64,000 bases of DNA from Eledone cirrhosa (lineage: Eukaryota): assembly GCA_964016885.1 (NCBI GenBank), contig OZ024754.1, forward strand, positions 19,282,001 to 19,346,000. The letters run 5' to 3'. The notes beneath the pieces are model-generated. The model was not told the origin of the DNA. It was given only the letters and a program-made list of their open reading frames with translations, and searched no databases. The translations under genes were made by a program, and so were the position numbers. The stretch's first letter is position 1. Each line of letters opens with the position of its first letter. Below, in pieces: positions 10,624 through 24,397 of this stretch.

Positions 10624-13600
10624 GTGTTTAGCCTTCCATGTTATAGGAGTGTAAAACTGTGTTTAGCCCTCCATGTTGTGTTATAGGAGTGTAAAACTGT
10701 GTTTAGCCTTCCATGTTATAGGAGTGTAAAACTGTGTTTAGCCTTCCATGTTATAAGAGTGTAAAACTGTGTTTTGCCCTCCATGTTGTGTTATAGGAGT
10801 GTAAAACTGTGTTTAGCCTTCCATGTTATAGGAGTGTAAAACTGTGTTTTGCCCTCCATGTTGTGTTATAGGAGTGTAAAACTGTGTTTAGCCTTCCATG
10901 TTGTGTTATAGGAGTGTAAAACTGTGTTTTGCCCTCCATGTTGTGTTATAGGAGTGTAAAACTGTGTTTAGCCTTCCATGTTATAGGAGTGTAAAACTGT
11001 GTTTTGCCCTCCATGTTGTGTTATAGGAGTGTAAAACTGTGTTTTGCCCTCCATGTTGTGTTATAGGAGTGTAAAACTGTGTTTTGCCCTCCATGTTGTG
11101 TTATAGGAGTGTAAAACTGTGTTTAGCCTTCCATGTTATAGGAGTGTAAAACTGTGTTTTGCCCTCCATGTTGTGTTATAGGAGTGTAAAACTGTGTTTT
11201 GCCCTCCATGTTGTGTTATAGGAGTGTAAAACTGTGTTTTGCCCTCCATGTTGTGTTATAGGAGTGTAAAACTGTGTTTAGCCTTCCATGTTATAGGAGT
11301 GTAAAACTGTGTTTTGCCCTCCATGTTGTGTTATAGGAGTGTAAAACTGTGTTTAGCCTTCTATGTTATAGGAGTGTAAAACTGTGTTTTGCCCTCCATG
11401 TTGTGTTATAGGAGTGTAAAACTGTGTTTAGCCTTCCATGTTATAGGAGTGTAAAACTGTGTTTTGCCCTCCATGTTGTGTTATAGGAGTGTAAAACTGT
11501 GTTTAGCCTTCCATGTTATAGGAGTGTAAAACTGTGTTTTTCCCTCCATGTTGTGTTATAGGAGTGTAAAACTGTGTTTTGCCCTCCATGTTGTGTTATA
11601 GGAGTGTAAAACTGTGTTTTGCCCTCCATGTTGTGTTATAGGAGTGTAAAACTGTGTTTTGCCCTCCATGTTGTGTTATAGGAGTGTAAAACTGTGTTTT
11701 GCCCTCCATGTTGTGTTATAGGAGTGTAAAACTGTGTTTAGCCTTCCATGTTATAGGAGTGTAAAACTGTGTTTTGCCCTCCATGTTGTGTTATAGGAGT
11801 GTAAAACTGTGTTTTGCCCTCCATGTTGTGTTATAGGAGTGTAAAACTGTGTTTTGCCCTCCATGTTGTGTTATAGGAGTGTAAAACTGTGTTTAGCCTT
11901 CCATGTTATAGGAGTGTAAAACTGTGTTTTGCCCTCCATGTTGTGTTATAGGAGTGTAAAACTGTGTTTTGCCCTCCATGTTGTGTTATAGGAGTGTAAA
12001 ACTGTGTTTTGCCCTCCATGTTGTGTTATAGGAGTGTAAAACTGTGTTTAGCCTTCCATGTTATAGGAGTGTAAAACTGTGTTTTGCCCTCCATGTTGTG
12101 TTATAGGAGTGTAAAACTGTGTTTTGCCCTCCATGTTGTGTTATAGGAGTGTAAAACTGTGTTTTGCCCTCCATGTTGTGTTATAGGAGTGTAAAACTGT
12201 GTTTAGCCTTCCATGTTATAGGAGTGTAAAACTGTGTTTTGCCCTCCATGTTGTGTTATAGGAGTGTAAAACTGTGTTTTGCCCTCCATGTTGTGTTATA
12301 GGAGTGTAAAACTGTGTTTTGCCCTCCATGTTGTGTTATAGGAGTGTAAAACTGTGTTTAGCCTTCCATGTTATAGGAGTGTAAAACTGTGTTTTGCCCT
12401 CCATGTTGTGTTATAGGAGTGTAAAACTGTGTTTTGCCCTCCATGTTGTGTTATAGGAGTGTAAAACTGTGTTTTGCCCTCCATGTTGTGTTATAGGAGT
12501 GTAAAACTGTGTTTAGCCTTCCATGTTATAGGAGTGTAAAACTGTGTTTTGCCCTCCATGTTGTGTTATAGGAGTGTAAAACTGTGTTTTGCCCTCCATG
12601 TTGTGTTATAGGAGTGTAAAACTGTGTTTTGCCCTCCATGTTGTGTTATAGGAGTGTAAAACTGTGTTTAGCCTTCCATGTTATAGGAGTGTAAAACTGT
12701 GTTTTGCCCTCCATGTTGTGTTATAGGAGTGTAAAACTGTGTTTTGCCCTCCATGTTGTGTTATAGGAGTGTAAAACTGTGTTTTGCCCTCCATGTTGTG
12801 TTATAGGAGTGTAAAACTGTGTTTTGCCCTCCATGTTGTGTTATAGGAGTGTAAAACTGTGTTTTGCCCTCCATGTTGTGTTATAGGAGTGTAAAACTGT
12901 GTTTAGCCCTCCATGTTGTGTTATAGGAGTGTAAAACTGTGTTTTGCCCTCCATGTTGTGTTATAGGAGTGTAAAACTGTGTTTTGCCCTCCATGTTGTG
13001 TTATAGGAGTGTAAAACTGTGTTTTGCCCTCCATGTTGTGTTATAGGAGTGTAAAACTGTGTTTTGCCCTCCATGTTGTGTTATAGGAGTGTAAAACTGT
13101 GTTTAGCCCTCCATGTTGTGTTATAGGAGTGTAAAACTGTGTTTTGCCCTCCATGTTGTGTTATAGGAGTGTAAAACTGTGTTTTGCCCTCCATGTTGTG
13201 TTATAGGAGTGTAAAACTGTGTTTTGCCCTCCATGTTGTGTTATAGGAGTGTAAAACTGTGTTTAGCCCTCCATGTTGTGTTATAGGAGTGTAAAACTGT
13301 GTTTTGCCCTCCATGTTGTGTTATAGGAGTGTAAAACTGTGTTTAGCCTTCCATGTTATAGGAGTGTAAAACTGTGTTTTGCCCTCCATGTTGTGTTATA
13401 GGAGTGTAAAACTGTGTTTTGCCCTCCATGTTGTGTTATAGGAGTGTAAAACTGTGTTTTGCCCTCCATGTTGTGTTATAGGAGTGTAAAACTGTGTTTA
13501 GCCTTCCATGTTATAGGAGTGTAAAACTGTGTTTTGCCCTCCATGTTGTGTTATAGGAGTGTAAAACTGTGTTTTGCCCTCCATGTTGTGTTATAGGAGT

Positions 13601-16600
13601 GTAAAACTGTGTTTTGCCCTCCATGTTGTGTTATAGGAGTGTAAAACTGTGTTTAGCCCTCCATGTTGTGTTATAGGAGTGTAAAACTGTGTTTTGCCCT
13701 CCATGTTGTGTTATAGGAGTGTAAAACTGTATTTTGCCCTCCATGTTGTGTTATAGGAGTGTAAAACTGTGTTTTGCCCTCCATGTTGTGTTATAGGAGT
13801 GTAAAACTGTGTTTAGCCCTCCATGTTGTGTTATAGGAGTGTAAAACTGTGTTTTGCCCTCCATGTTGTGTTATAGGAGTGTAAAACTGTGTTTTGCCCT
13901 CCATGTTGTGTTATAGGAGTGTAAAACTGTGTTTTGCCCTCCATGTTGTGTTATAGGAGTGTAAAACTGTGTTTTGCCCTCCATGTTGTGTTATAGGAGT
14001 GTAAAACTGTGTTTTGCCCTCCATGTTGTGTTATAGGAGTGTAAAACTGTGTTTTGCCCTCCATGTTGTGTTATAGGAGTGTAAAACTGTGTTTTGCCCT
14101 CCATGTTGTGTTATAGGAGTGTAAAACTGTGTTTTGCCCTCCATGTTGTGTTATAGGAGTGTAAAACTGTGTTTTGCCCTCCATGTTGTGTTATAGGAGT
14201 GTAAAACTGTGTTTTGCCCTCCATGTTGTGTTATAGGAGTGTAAAACTGTGTTTTGCCCTCCATGTTGTGTTATAGGAGTGTAAAACTGTGTTTTGCCCT
14301 CCATGTTGTGTTATAGGAGTGTAAAACTGTGTTTTGCCCTCCATGTTGTGTTATAGGAGTGTAAAACTGTGTTTTGCCCTCCATGTTGTGTTATAGGAGT
14401 GTAAAACTGTGTTTTGCCCTCCATGTTGTGTTATAGGAGTGTAAAACTGTGTTTTGCCCTCCATGTTGTGTTATAGGAGTGTAAAACTGTGTTTTGCCCT
14501 CCATGTTGTGTTATAGGAGTGTAAAACTGTGTTTTGCCCTCCATGTTGTGTTATAGGAGTGTAAAACTGTGTTTTGCCCTCCATGTTGTGTTATAGGAGT
14601 GTAAAACTGTGTTTTGCCCTCCATGTTGTGTTATAGGAGTGTAAAACTGTGTTTTGCCCTCCATGTTGTGTTATAAGAGTGTAAAACTGTGTTTTGCCCT
14701 CCATGTTGTGTTATAGGAGTGTAAAATTGTGTTTTGCCCTCCATGTTGTGTTATAGGAGTGTAAAACTGTGTTTTGCCCTCGATGTTGTGTAAAACTGTG
14801 TTTAGCTCTCCATGTTGTGTTATAAGAGTGTAAAACTGTGTTTAGCTCTCCATGTTGTGTTATAAGAGTGAAAAACTGTGTTTAGCTCTCCATGTTGTGT
14901 TATAAGAGTGTAAAACTGTGTTTAGCCCTCCATGTTGTGTTATAAGAGTGTAAAACTGTGTTTAGCCCTCCATGTTGTGTTATAGGAGTGTAAAACTGTG
15001 TTTAGCTCTCCATGTTGTGTTATAAGAGTGTAAAACTGTGTTTAGCCCTCCATGTTGTGTTATAGGAGTGTAAAACTGTGTTTAGCTCTCCATGTTGTGT
15101 TATAAGAGTGTAAAACTGTGTTTAGCCCTCCATGTTATAAGAGTGTAAAACTGGGTGTTGCCCTCCATGTTGTGTTATAGGAGTGTAAAACTGTGTTTAG
15201 CCCTCCATGTTATAAGAGTGTAAAACTGTGTTTTGCCTTCCATGTTGTGTTATAAGAGTGTAAAACTGTGTTTAGCCCTCCATGTTGTGTTATAAGAGTG
15301 TAAAACTGTGTTTAGCCCTCCTTGTTGTGTCATAAGAGTGTAAAACTGTGTTTTTCCCTCCATGTTGTGTTATAGGAGTGTAAAACTGTGTTTAGCCTTC
15401 CATGTTATAAGAGTGTAAAACTGTGTTTTACCCTCCATGTTATAAGAGTGTAAAACTGTGTTTAGCCCTCCATGTTGTGGTATAAGAGTGTAAATCTGTG
15501 TTTAGCTCTCCATGTTGTGTTATAGGAGTGTAAAACTGTGTTTAGCCCTCCATGTTGTGTTATAAAAGTGTAAAACTGTTTTAACTCCTCCATGTTATAA
15601 GAGTGTAAAACTGGGTGTTGCCCTCCATGTTGTGCTATAGCAGTGTAAAACTGTTTAGCCATCCATGTTATAAGAGTGTAAAACTGTGTTTTGCCCTCCA
15701 TGTTGTGTTATAAGAGTGTAAAACTATGGTTAGCCCTCCATGTTTTGGTATAAGAGTGTAAAACTGTGTTTTGCCCTCCATGTTGTGTTATAGGAGTGTA
15801 ACACCGTGTTTAGCCCTCCATGTTGTGTTATAAGAGTGTAAAACTGTGTTTAGCTCTCCATGTTGTGTTATAGGAGTGTAAAACTGTGTTTAGCTCTCCA
15901 TGTTGTGTTATAAGAGTGTAAAACTGTGTTTAGCCCTCCATGTTGTGTTATAGGAGTGTAAAACTGTGTTTATCTCTCCATGTTGTGTTATAAGAGTGTA
16001 AAACTGTGTTTAGCCCTCCATGTTATAAGAGTGTAAAACTGGGTGTTGCCCTCCATGTTGTGTTATAGGAGTGTAAAACTGTGTTTAGCCCTCCATGTTA
16101 TAAGAGTGTAAAACAGTGTATTGCCTTCCATGTTGTGTTATAAGAGTGTAAAACTGTGTTTAGCCCTCCTTGTTGTGTTATAAGAGTGTAAAACTGTGTT
16201 TTTCCCTCCATGTTGTGTTATAGGAGTGTAAAACTGTGTTTAGCCTTCCATGTTATAAGAGTGTAAAACTGTGTTTTACCCTACATGTTATAAGAGTGTA
16301 AAACTGTGTTTAGCCCTCCATGTTGTGGTATAAGAGTGTAAAACTGTGTTTAGCTCTCCATGTTGTGTTATAGGAGTGTAAAACTGTGTTTTGCCCTCCA
16401 TTTTGTGTTATAAGAGTGTAAAACTGTTTTAACTCCTCCATGTTATAAGAGTGTAAAACTGGGTGTTGCCCTCCATGTTGTGCTATAGGAGTGTAAAACT
16501 GTTTAGCCCTCCATGTTATAAGAGTGTAAAACTGTGTTTAGCTCTCCATGTTGTGTTATAAGGGTGTAAAACTGTGTTTAGCCCTCCATGTTGTGTTATA

Positions 16601-17530
16601 AGAGTGTAAAACTGTGTTTAGCCTTCCATGTTGTGTTTTAAGAGTGTAAAACTGTGTTTAGCCCTCCATGTTGTGTTATAGGAGTGTAAAACTGTGTTTA
16701 GCCCTCCATGTTGTGGTATCAGAGTGTAAAACTGTGTTTAGCCCTCCATGTTGTGTTATAGGAGTGTAAAACTGTGTTTTGCCCTCCATGTTGTTATAAG
16801 AGTGTAAAACTGTGTTTAGCCTTCCATGTTATAAGAGTGTAAAACTGGGTGTTGCCCTCCATGTTGTGCTATAGGAGTGTAAAACTGTTTAGCCCTCCAT
16901 GTTATAAGAGTGTAAAACTGTGTTTTGCCCTCCATGTTGTGTTATAAGGGTGTAAAACTGTGTTTAGCCCTCCATGTTGTGTTATAAGAGTGTAAAACTG
17001 TGTTTTGCCCTCCATGTTGTGTTATAAGAGTGTAAAACTGTGTTTAGCCCTCCATGTTGTGTTATAAGACTGTAAAACTGTGTTTAGCCCTCCATGTTGT
17101 GTTATAAGAGTGTAAAACTGTGTTTAGCCCTCCATGTTGTGTTATAGGAGTGTAAAACTGTTTTGCCCTCCATGTTGTGTTATAGGAGTGTAAAACTGTG
17201 TTTAGCCCTCCATGTTGTGTTATAAGACTGTAAAACTGTGTTTAGCCCTCCATGTTGTGTTATAAGAGTGTAAAACTGTGTTTAGCCCTCCATGTTGTGT
17301 TATAGGAGTGTAAAACCGTTTTGCCCTCCATGTTGTGTTATAGGAGTGTAACACTGTGTTTAGCCCTCCATGTTGTGTTATAGGAGTGTAAAACTGTTTT
17401 GCCCTCCATGTTGTGTTATAAGAGTGTAAAACTGTGTTTTTCCCTCCATGTTGTGTTTTAAGAGTGTAAAACTGTGTTTTTCCCTCCATGTTGTGTTATA
17501 GGAATGTTAAAGTGTATTTAACCCACCATG
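10624..17530. repeat. Satellite, 40-bp unit tgtgttttgccctccatgttgtgttataggagtgtaaaac with a 35-bp variant (roughly 175 units)
   Basis: Direct tandem repetition; homogeneous core at ~13800-14660, diverged right third. Confidence 0.99.
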
Positions 17531-17624
17531 TTGCATTGGTGTTGCTATTTTAAGGGGATGTTACAATATTTCTGCTGTTACTTTACTGTTTCTTATGTTT
17601 ATTGTTATGTGCAGTGTGCAGTTA

Positions 17625-18045
17625 TGTTATTTTACTTGGTGGTGGTGGCAGTGAATGTTGGACGTTGTTGGTGATGATGGTAGTGGTATTGGAGGTATTG
17701 GTGGTGTTGATGGCGGTGATATTGGTGGTGGCGGTGACAGTGATGGTGATATTGGTAGTGATATTGGTGGTGGTGGTGGTGGTAGTCCGGTGGTGGTGAT
17801 GTAGGCAGTATTGGTGGTGGCTGTGGTGGTGGTGGTTGTGGTATTGGTGATGATGATGGTGGTGGTGGCGATGGTGGTATTGGGGGTGGCTGTTGTGGTG
17901 GTGGTTGTGGTCTTGGTGATGATGATGGTGGTGGTGGCGATGGCGGTATTGGTGGTGGCTGTTGTGGTGGTGGTTGTGTTCTTGGTGATGATGATGGTGG
18001 TGGTTGTGGTCTTGGTGATGATGATGGTCGTCGTGGTGGTGATGT
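17625..18045. repeat. (GGT/GAT)n low-complexity tract with ~57-60-bp internal repeats
   Basis: Visible trinucleotide tract; gives Pro/His-rich or Val/Met-rich open frames. Confidence 0.85.
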
Positions 18046-18099
18046 TTCTGTTTCATATGTGCTGTGTAAGTCATATGTTATATGTGTGTTGTGTAAACA

Positions 18100-19535
18100 A
18101 TGTAATGTGTGTGTAGATAGTGCAATGCATGTGTGTGTGTGAGTGTCGACTGTGTAATGTGTGTAGATAGTGCAATGCATGTGTGTGTGTGAGTGTCGAC
18201 TGTGTAATGTGTGTAGATAGTGCAGTGCATGTGTGTGTGTGAGTGTCGACTGTGTAATGTGTGTAGATAGTGCAATGCATGTGTGTGTGTGAGTGTCGAC
18301 TGTGTAATGTGTGTAGATAGTGCAATGCATGTGTGTGTGTGAGTGTCGACTGTGTAATGTGTGTAGATAGTGCAATGCATGTGTGTGTGTGAATGTCGAC
18401 TGTGTAATGTGTGTAGATAGTGCAATGCATGTGTGTGTGTGAGTGTCGACTGCGTAATGTGTGTAGATAGTGCAATGCATGTGTGTGTGTGAGTGTCGAC
18501 TGTGTAATGTGTGTAGATAGTGCAATGCATGTGTGTGAGTGTCGACTGTGTAATATGTGTAGATAGTGCAATGCATGTGTGTGTGTGAGTGTCGACTGTG
18601 TAATGTGTGTAGATAGTGCAATGCATGTGTGTGTGTGAGTGTCGACTGTGTAATGTGTGTAGATAGTGCAATGCATGTGTGTGTGTGTGTGAATGTCGAC
18701 TGCGTAATGTGTGTAGATAGTGCAATGCATGTGTGTGTGTGTGTGTGAGTGTCGACTGCGTAATGTGTGTAGATAGTGCAATGCATGTGTGTGTTTGTGT
18801 GTGCGTGTCGACTGTGTAATGTGTGTAGATAGTGCAATGCATGTGTGTGTGTGTGTGTGAGTGTCGACTGCGTAATGTGTGTAGATAGTGCAATGCATGT
18901 GTGTGTGTGTGAGTGTCGACTGTGTAATGTGTGTAGATAGTGCAATGCATGTGTGTGTGTGTGTGTGCGTGTCGACTGTGTAATGTGTGTAGATAGTGCA
19001 ATGCATGTGTGTGTGTGTGTGTGAGTGTCGACTGCGTAATGTGTGTAGATAGTGCAATGCATGTGTGTGTGTGTGTGTGTGTGAGTGTCGACTGTGTAAT
19101 GTGTGTAGATAGTGCAATGCATGTGTGTGTGTGTGTGTGAGTGTCGACTGTGTAATGTGTGTAGATAGTGCAATGCATGTGTGTGTGTGTGTGTGAGTGT
19201 CGACTGTGCAATGTGTGTAGATAGTGCAATGCATGTGTGTGTGTGTGTGTGTGAGTGTCGACTGCGTAATGTGTGTAGATAGTGCAATGCATGTGTGTGT
19301 GTGTGTGTGAGTGTCGACTGTGTAATGTGTGTAGATAGTGCAATGCATGTGTGTGTGTGTGTGAGTGTCGACTGTGTAATGTGTGTAGATAGTGCAATGC
19401 ATGTGTGTGTGTGTGTGTGAGTGTCGACTGTGCAATGTGTGTAGATATTGCAATGCATGTGTGTGTGTGTGTGTGAGTGTCGACTGTGTAATGTGTGTAG
19501 ATAGTGCAATGCATGTGTGTGTGTAGACAGTGTAA
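18100..19535. repeat. Minisatellite, 50-60-bp unit tgcaatgcat(gt)n gagtgtcgactgtgtaatgtgtgtagatag
   Basis: About 27 tandem units with a variable internal (GT)n. Confidence 0.98.
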
Positions 19536-20917
19536 TGTGTGTTACGCAGTGTGTTATTCAGTAGAATATTTCGTGTATGATGTCGGCTGAGCCTAGCAGA
19601 GCTATTTCGAGGAGTGTATGAAGCTCTGGTATGTGTTTGTGTTTGTTTATCATACATAGTGTTCTAATTATTATTGGTTCTGTTTTTACTTTCATACTCG
19701 GCATCCTGCATATTTCCACCAGCCTGACGTATTCATTAGCAGCTAGACCGATGTATCGTTTCGTTGCCAAAGAAACGCCCCGTTAAGTAATTTCTAGTCA
19801 ATTGCCCCACTAATGTTCCACCAGACTTCCACCTTAGCTCTACCTGGCCCATCTTTTCATGCACAATAGACAAGCCTTTACCCTGCTGCAAACAACCAAT
19901 CAGCATACCACTCACACACACACACACATCACATGTACCAACATACACACACCACACATACCAAGCAACACACCAACACACACTACACATATCAACTCAC
20001 ACACCACATATACTAACCAATGCACATTCACACACACCACCACACATACCAACCAACACACACTAACATTCCTGCACTACAGCACACGCCAACACACATC
20101 ACAAACACATCAACACACATACCCACACACACACAAACCTACCAACACATAGCACACATACCAACACACCATCACACACATCAGACACACGAATACATCA
20201 ACACATACATACTAAACAATTAATATGATGTTGCTGTCAAATGGTGGTCGATTGAGTGAATAGGTAGAAGGTATGATAAAATGTCTGTTCTGGTCCTTTA
20301 CATTCTTGATTCAAAACCAACCGAGATCAACTTTGTCATTCATATTTCCTGAGTCGATAAAATAAAGTCCCTGTCAAGCACTTGAGTTGATTTAATCCAA
20401 AAAAAATGTGCTTAGAAATAATAGATACGCTTTATTTTATTTTAAATATACATAAATAACATTATAAATTGTTCGTAATTCCTTTAGAATGAAAATATAA
20501 ACATATATAACAAATACAATTAATTACAGCATGTAACAAACATTTTTTTTTCTCTGTTCCTGGCTTGTAATCACTTTTTTGTGTTGCTTAGGTCCCAAAT
20601 AAATTTAAAAAAAGTGCTATTAAACAGTTACAAGTTGGGGTTTGTAAAAATTCTAGGCTATTCACTAGAATTATTTGTATGCTGGATTTTACGTTGTATG
20701 TAAGTTTAATTTGCTTATGTTAAATGATTTTTCTATATATATGTTTCAGGTTAAATTAAAATTATAAAATAAAGAGTAATACCTAAAGAAAATTATAAAA
20801 GTGCAATAAAGTATAAAATTGTTAAAAAGTGGATTAAAGAGATTTATTGATACTGGATTTTCGCAGCCTGAATAAAGGGTAAGTTGTGTTTTAAGCATTC
20901 GTCTCCAGGATGAAGCA

Positions 20918-21319
20918 GTGGAACTTGGTCAAGGAGGAAGTGCAGGTGACAAGTCAGAGATGTCGATTGAGAGAACAGCATGGAACTGTTTCAAGGCAGT
21001 TGTTAAAGGCTTCCTGGGCAACTACAGAGCTGAAAACTACCAGCAACTGGTGCAGGATCTGATAAAGGCTTTTGGCGCCATGGGATGCAGGATGTCGCTT
21101 AAACTCCATATGCTGGACGCTCACCTGGAAAAATTCAAGGACAATATGGGCGCCTACTCAGAAGAACAAGGCGAACGATTCCACCAAGATGTGAAAGAGA
21201 TAGAGCAGAGGTACCAGGGCCACTACAATGAAAAAATGATGGGGGTCAATATCTGGGGGCTAGTGCGGGAATGGGACCTGGACTACAACCGCAAATCCAG
21301 GAAATCCAGTCATTTCTGA
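20918..21319 (+). pseudogene. Chapaev/CMC-type DDE transposase C-terminal fragment
   Basis: AW..FK.VV.GFLGN..MSLKLHMLDAHL..GAYSEEQGERFHQD..E.RYQG is the C-terminal signature I associate with Chapaev3-type transposases. Confidence 0.75.
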
Positions 21320-21825
21320 TGTGTATAAGTTGCTTTATAAGTGTTATTTGTTTTTACTTGTTTGCTTTTGATAAGCTTGTGTAATAAAATAAATATATAC
21401 TCTGTTGATTTAATTATATGAACTAGGAACCTCACAAATATAATGCACCAAAATATATGACCTGAACGAGAGAAAAAGGGAAACAAAAACAAAAACGGCC
21501 ATCAATTCATCCCCAACTGTGACAATCGGGGTCACACATCACACCACAAGGGTCAACAGAATATTTCGAGGTAAGTCAATACGTTTGCAGCATTATCACA
21601 AGTGATGGTGAGGCTAAGGTAGTGAAATAAGCAGGCACCGATCGACCATACAAGACAAAGGTCAACAGTGAATCACTGTTAACTTCGTCACGAGGTACAA
21701 AAGATACACACACACTTTAACTTCATTATTTTCTCCATTACTATTCAGGTGATGTTTTGGTCTGAAGGCCTGAAACTGGTGTTTTCTACGTAAGAATTAC
21801 TGGTACAGAATCAGGTCCTATGGAG

Positions 21826-21866
<41 letters not shown>

Positions 21867-22559
21867 CTGTAGGGACCAAGGAGTTAGGGTATATATGTTT
21901 TTTGTTTTTTATGGGTGAAGTTTGCGTCGGGTACTAATAAAACTGAAGCATGTCCAACATGTATTTGCGTGTGTGATCATATGGTTAGGGCGTTACCTAG
22001 AGGTTTTGATGTGGCTTAGTGGTTTAGACGGGGCCTAGTTTGGGTGCAGGACGCAAAGTTATATAAGATCGTGAGTTCGATATCGGAACCGAGCGGCGTG
22101 TTGCGAACAAAACACTGTATGTATTTCGTGTTAGTTCTATCAGGAGTTGCCAATGAGAGATAATATCAGCAACGGAAAGACCAGACAAAACATTATTTCA
22201 TTTGTCTGATGACAAATAGATAGTATCATCAATGGAAACATTGTTTCTTTGATCTGATCTGATGATCGACAGATATTATCAACAAAGGAAAGACCAATGA
22301 AAACATTATTTACTTGGTCTGGTCTGACAATCAGCTTCTTTCTTCTACCAGGAGTTGCAGCTAGCCGACAGTATCAGCAATGGAAAGACCAATGGAAACA
22401 TTGTTTCTTTGGTCCAATCTTATGATCAGCTCTCTACTTTTTTCTTCTGTGTAAAAGCTTTTAGTTTGTATTTCATTGTTTTCTTGTAAATGGAAAATAT
22501 GTTTTTTCATGCTCTCTTTTTCTTCTTCCATCATTTTTTCCTGGGGGCGTCATGGGGTG

Positions 22560-23060
22560 ACGGAGAGTCCTTAAACACGCCTTTCAGAGAGGGTTCTATC
22601 AGGAGCAACCGTCCCCAATTGATATGATTGAATCCCCAGGCGCTACCAACCGAACTGATGGATGTTATTCAATCATTTTGCTCGTGGTCTACCTCTGAGT
22701 CTCCTGCCGGTTGGCTTTGAGCGTAAAATCTGTCCAGCGGTTCTTTTCTTAGACATTCTAACAACATATCTGTAGTACCGGAGCTGTGATTCAGAGAAGT
22801 GGCGGCCCTACCGGAAGTGACTCCCCTGAGTTACGAGCTCTACACCTTATTGCGTAACCTTACTCCAACGACTCTTCGGAGGAACCCCATATCAGCCACT
22901 TATATTCTTTTGCGTTCGGATAAATGGTGCTAAGTCGAAACCATTCAAATGTGAGTGTTGGACTCCACCAAGTATGTGTATTGTTACCTTTCCTGTTCAT
23001 AATCTCCATGAACAGGATTGACATGCGCGGCTAGGTTGGAAGTGGTATCAAAACCGAGAG
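22560..23060 (-). pseudogene. RTE LINE 3' fragment
   Basis: Minus-strand translation across lesions reads MGFLRRVVGV..SQLRYYRYVVRMSKKRTAGQIL..GRRLRGRPRAK. Confidence 0.75.
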
Positions 23061-23171
23061 GTGGTGGATCAAGTTCTTTAATTCTACAAATTCTATAACT
23101 TTGCTGGATTCTAAACAGTATTAAAGAGTCTCTCCAAATAATATTTTATAATATTATTTCAACATCTAAAA

Positions 23172-23378
23172 GGGTGGTGGATTGGCAGTATCGGTAGAGG
23201 GTCGGACGCCATATTTTCCAGCATAGTTACGTCCTTTTACGGTCTGAGTTCAAACCCGCCGAGGTTAATTTTGCCTTTCATCCTTACGGGGGGGGGGGGG
23301 GGGGGGGTCGATAAAATAAAGTCCCAGTAATGTACTGAGTAATTGATGGCCTTGTGCCAAAAGTGTAAACAATTATTT
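23172..23378 (+). mobile_element. Octopus-type SINE with an expanded internal poly-G
   Basis: SINE core present; flanked by attatttcaa(c/t)atct direct repeats. Confidence 0.88.
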
Positions 23379-23424
23379 CAATATCTCCTGTATTTGTGTA
23401 TGTGTGCATTTGCTTCTATGTATG

Positions 23425-23459
<35 letters not shown>

Positions 23460-23568
23460 ATAATAATAAATTTGAAGACTAAAATCCAAAGAGGGCTCGA
23501 TAAGGATAAATATATATATCAAATATAAAAGAACCGTAGAGCAAATATATATATATATATATATATAT

Positions 23569-24060
23569 AGTTTTAATATAGATGAGATTCTACAGGACTA
23601 GAACTGTTTCATTCTTTAGAAATCATCAGGAATCTGGCTTTCCAAAAATAAATGTTGTGGTATTTATATCTTTTCAGGTGGTAGGAGAGGGTGGGGAGTG
23701 GGATGGGTTGGTTGAAAGAAAAGGGAATTCATTAAAAGCTAATTCTTTAAGGCTATAATTTATATTTAGAGTGACAAAGGCAGAAAGAATTCTATAAACA
23801 AGTTCAGAATGGGGTGCCACTCCTTATTTTTAAGTTTCTCTTAGGCTAACAATGCCTATATTTCAGGTGTCTATAAGATGGTTGGGGGTCGGTCATGATT
23901 GATGGATTTAAAGAAAAGGGAAATTCTTTAAAAGCTAATTCTTTAAAGCTTATCTTAGAGTGACAAAGGCCTAGAGAATTCTATAGACCAGTTCAAAATA
24001 TTGGGTGCCTATCCTTACCATTATTGTCATATTTCCCTTAAGCTATATTCCAGGTGTCAA
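23569..24060 (-). mobile_element. PLE pLTR-type sequence, left arm of an inverted repeat with 31054-31281
   Basis: 23569-23798 is a near-identical reverse complement of 31054-31281; internal diverged duplication at 23710-23870 and 23910-24060. Confidence 0.8.
23585..23635 (-). ncRNA. Type I hammerhead ribozyme
   Basis: Minus strand reads agattc-CTGATGA-tttctaaagaat-GAAA-cagttctagtcctg-TA-gaatct. Confidence 0.8.
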
Positions 24061-24066
24061 CAGTCA

Positions 24067-24204
<138 letters not shown>

Positions 24205-24319
24205 TATATATATATATAGGTATTGAAGTTTCCGTTGAAAATTGAAAAAGTCATAGGAGTGAAGAGTGCTCTATGTAAGTACCAGAGCAAAATTTAATGT
24301 ATAATAAACAATACAATAT

Positions 24320-24397
24320 AATTACCTCATTACCAGAGGTTTCCCGAATAAGACGAATACGAAAAACGTGCTCATTCGTTCGTCGGACAAGGCAATT
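24320..24397 (-). ncRNA. Type I HHR (U4C core variant), inverted copy
   Basis: Reverse complement of 27273-27350. Confidence 0.72.

Noticed and set aside
10624-19535. CRISPR-like arrays
   Set aside because: There are no unique spacers, the repeats are pure tandem, the context is eukaryotic and no cas genes are present.
17632-19657. Long minus-strand ORFs (625, 528 and 478 aa) and the Pro/His-rich peptide
   Set aside because: They translate a stop-free minisatellite and a (GGT)n tract, and are open in all three frames. The Pro-rich part cannot be fully excluded as an exon but has no positive support.
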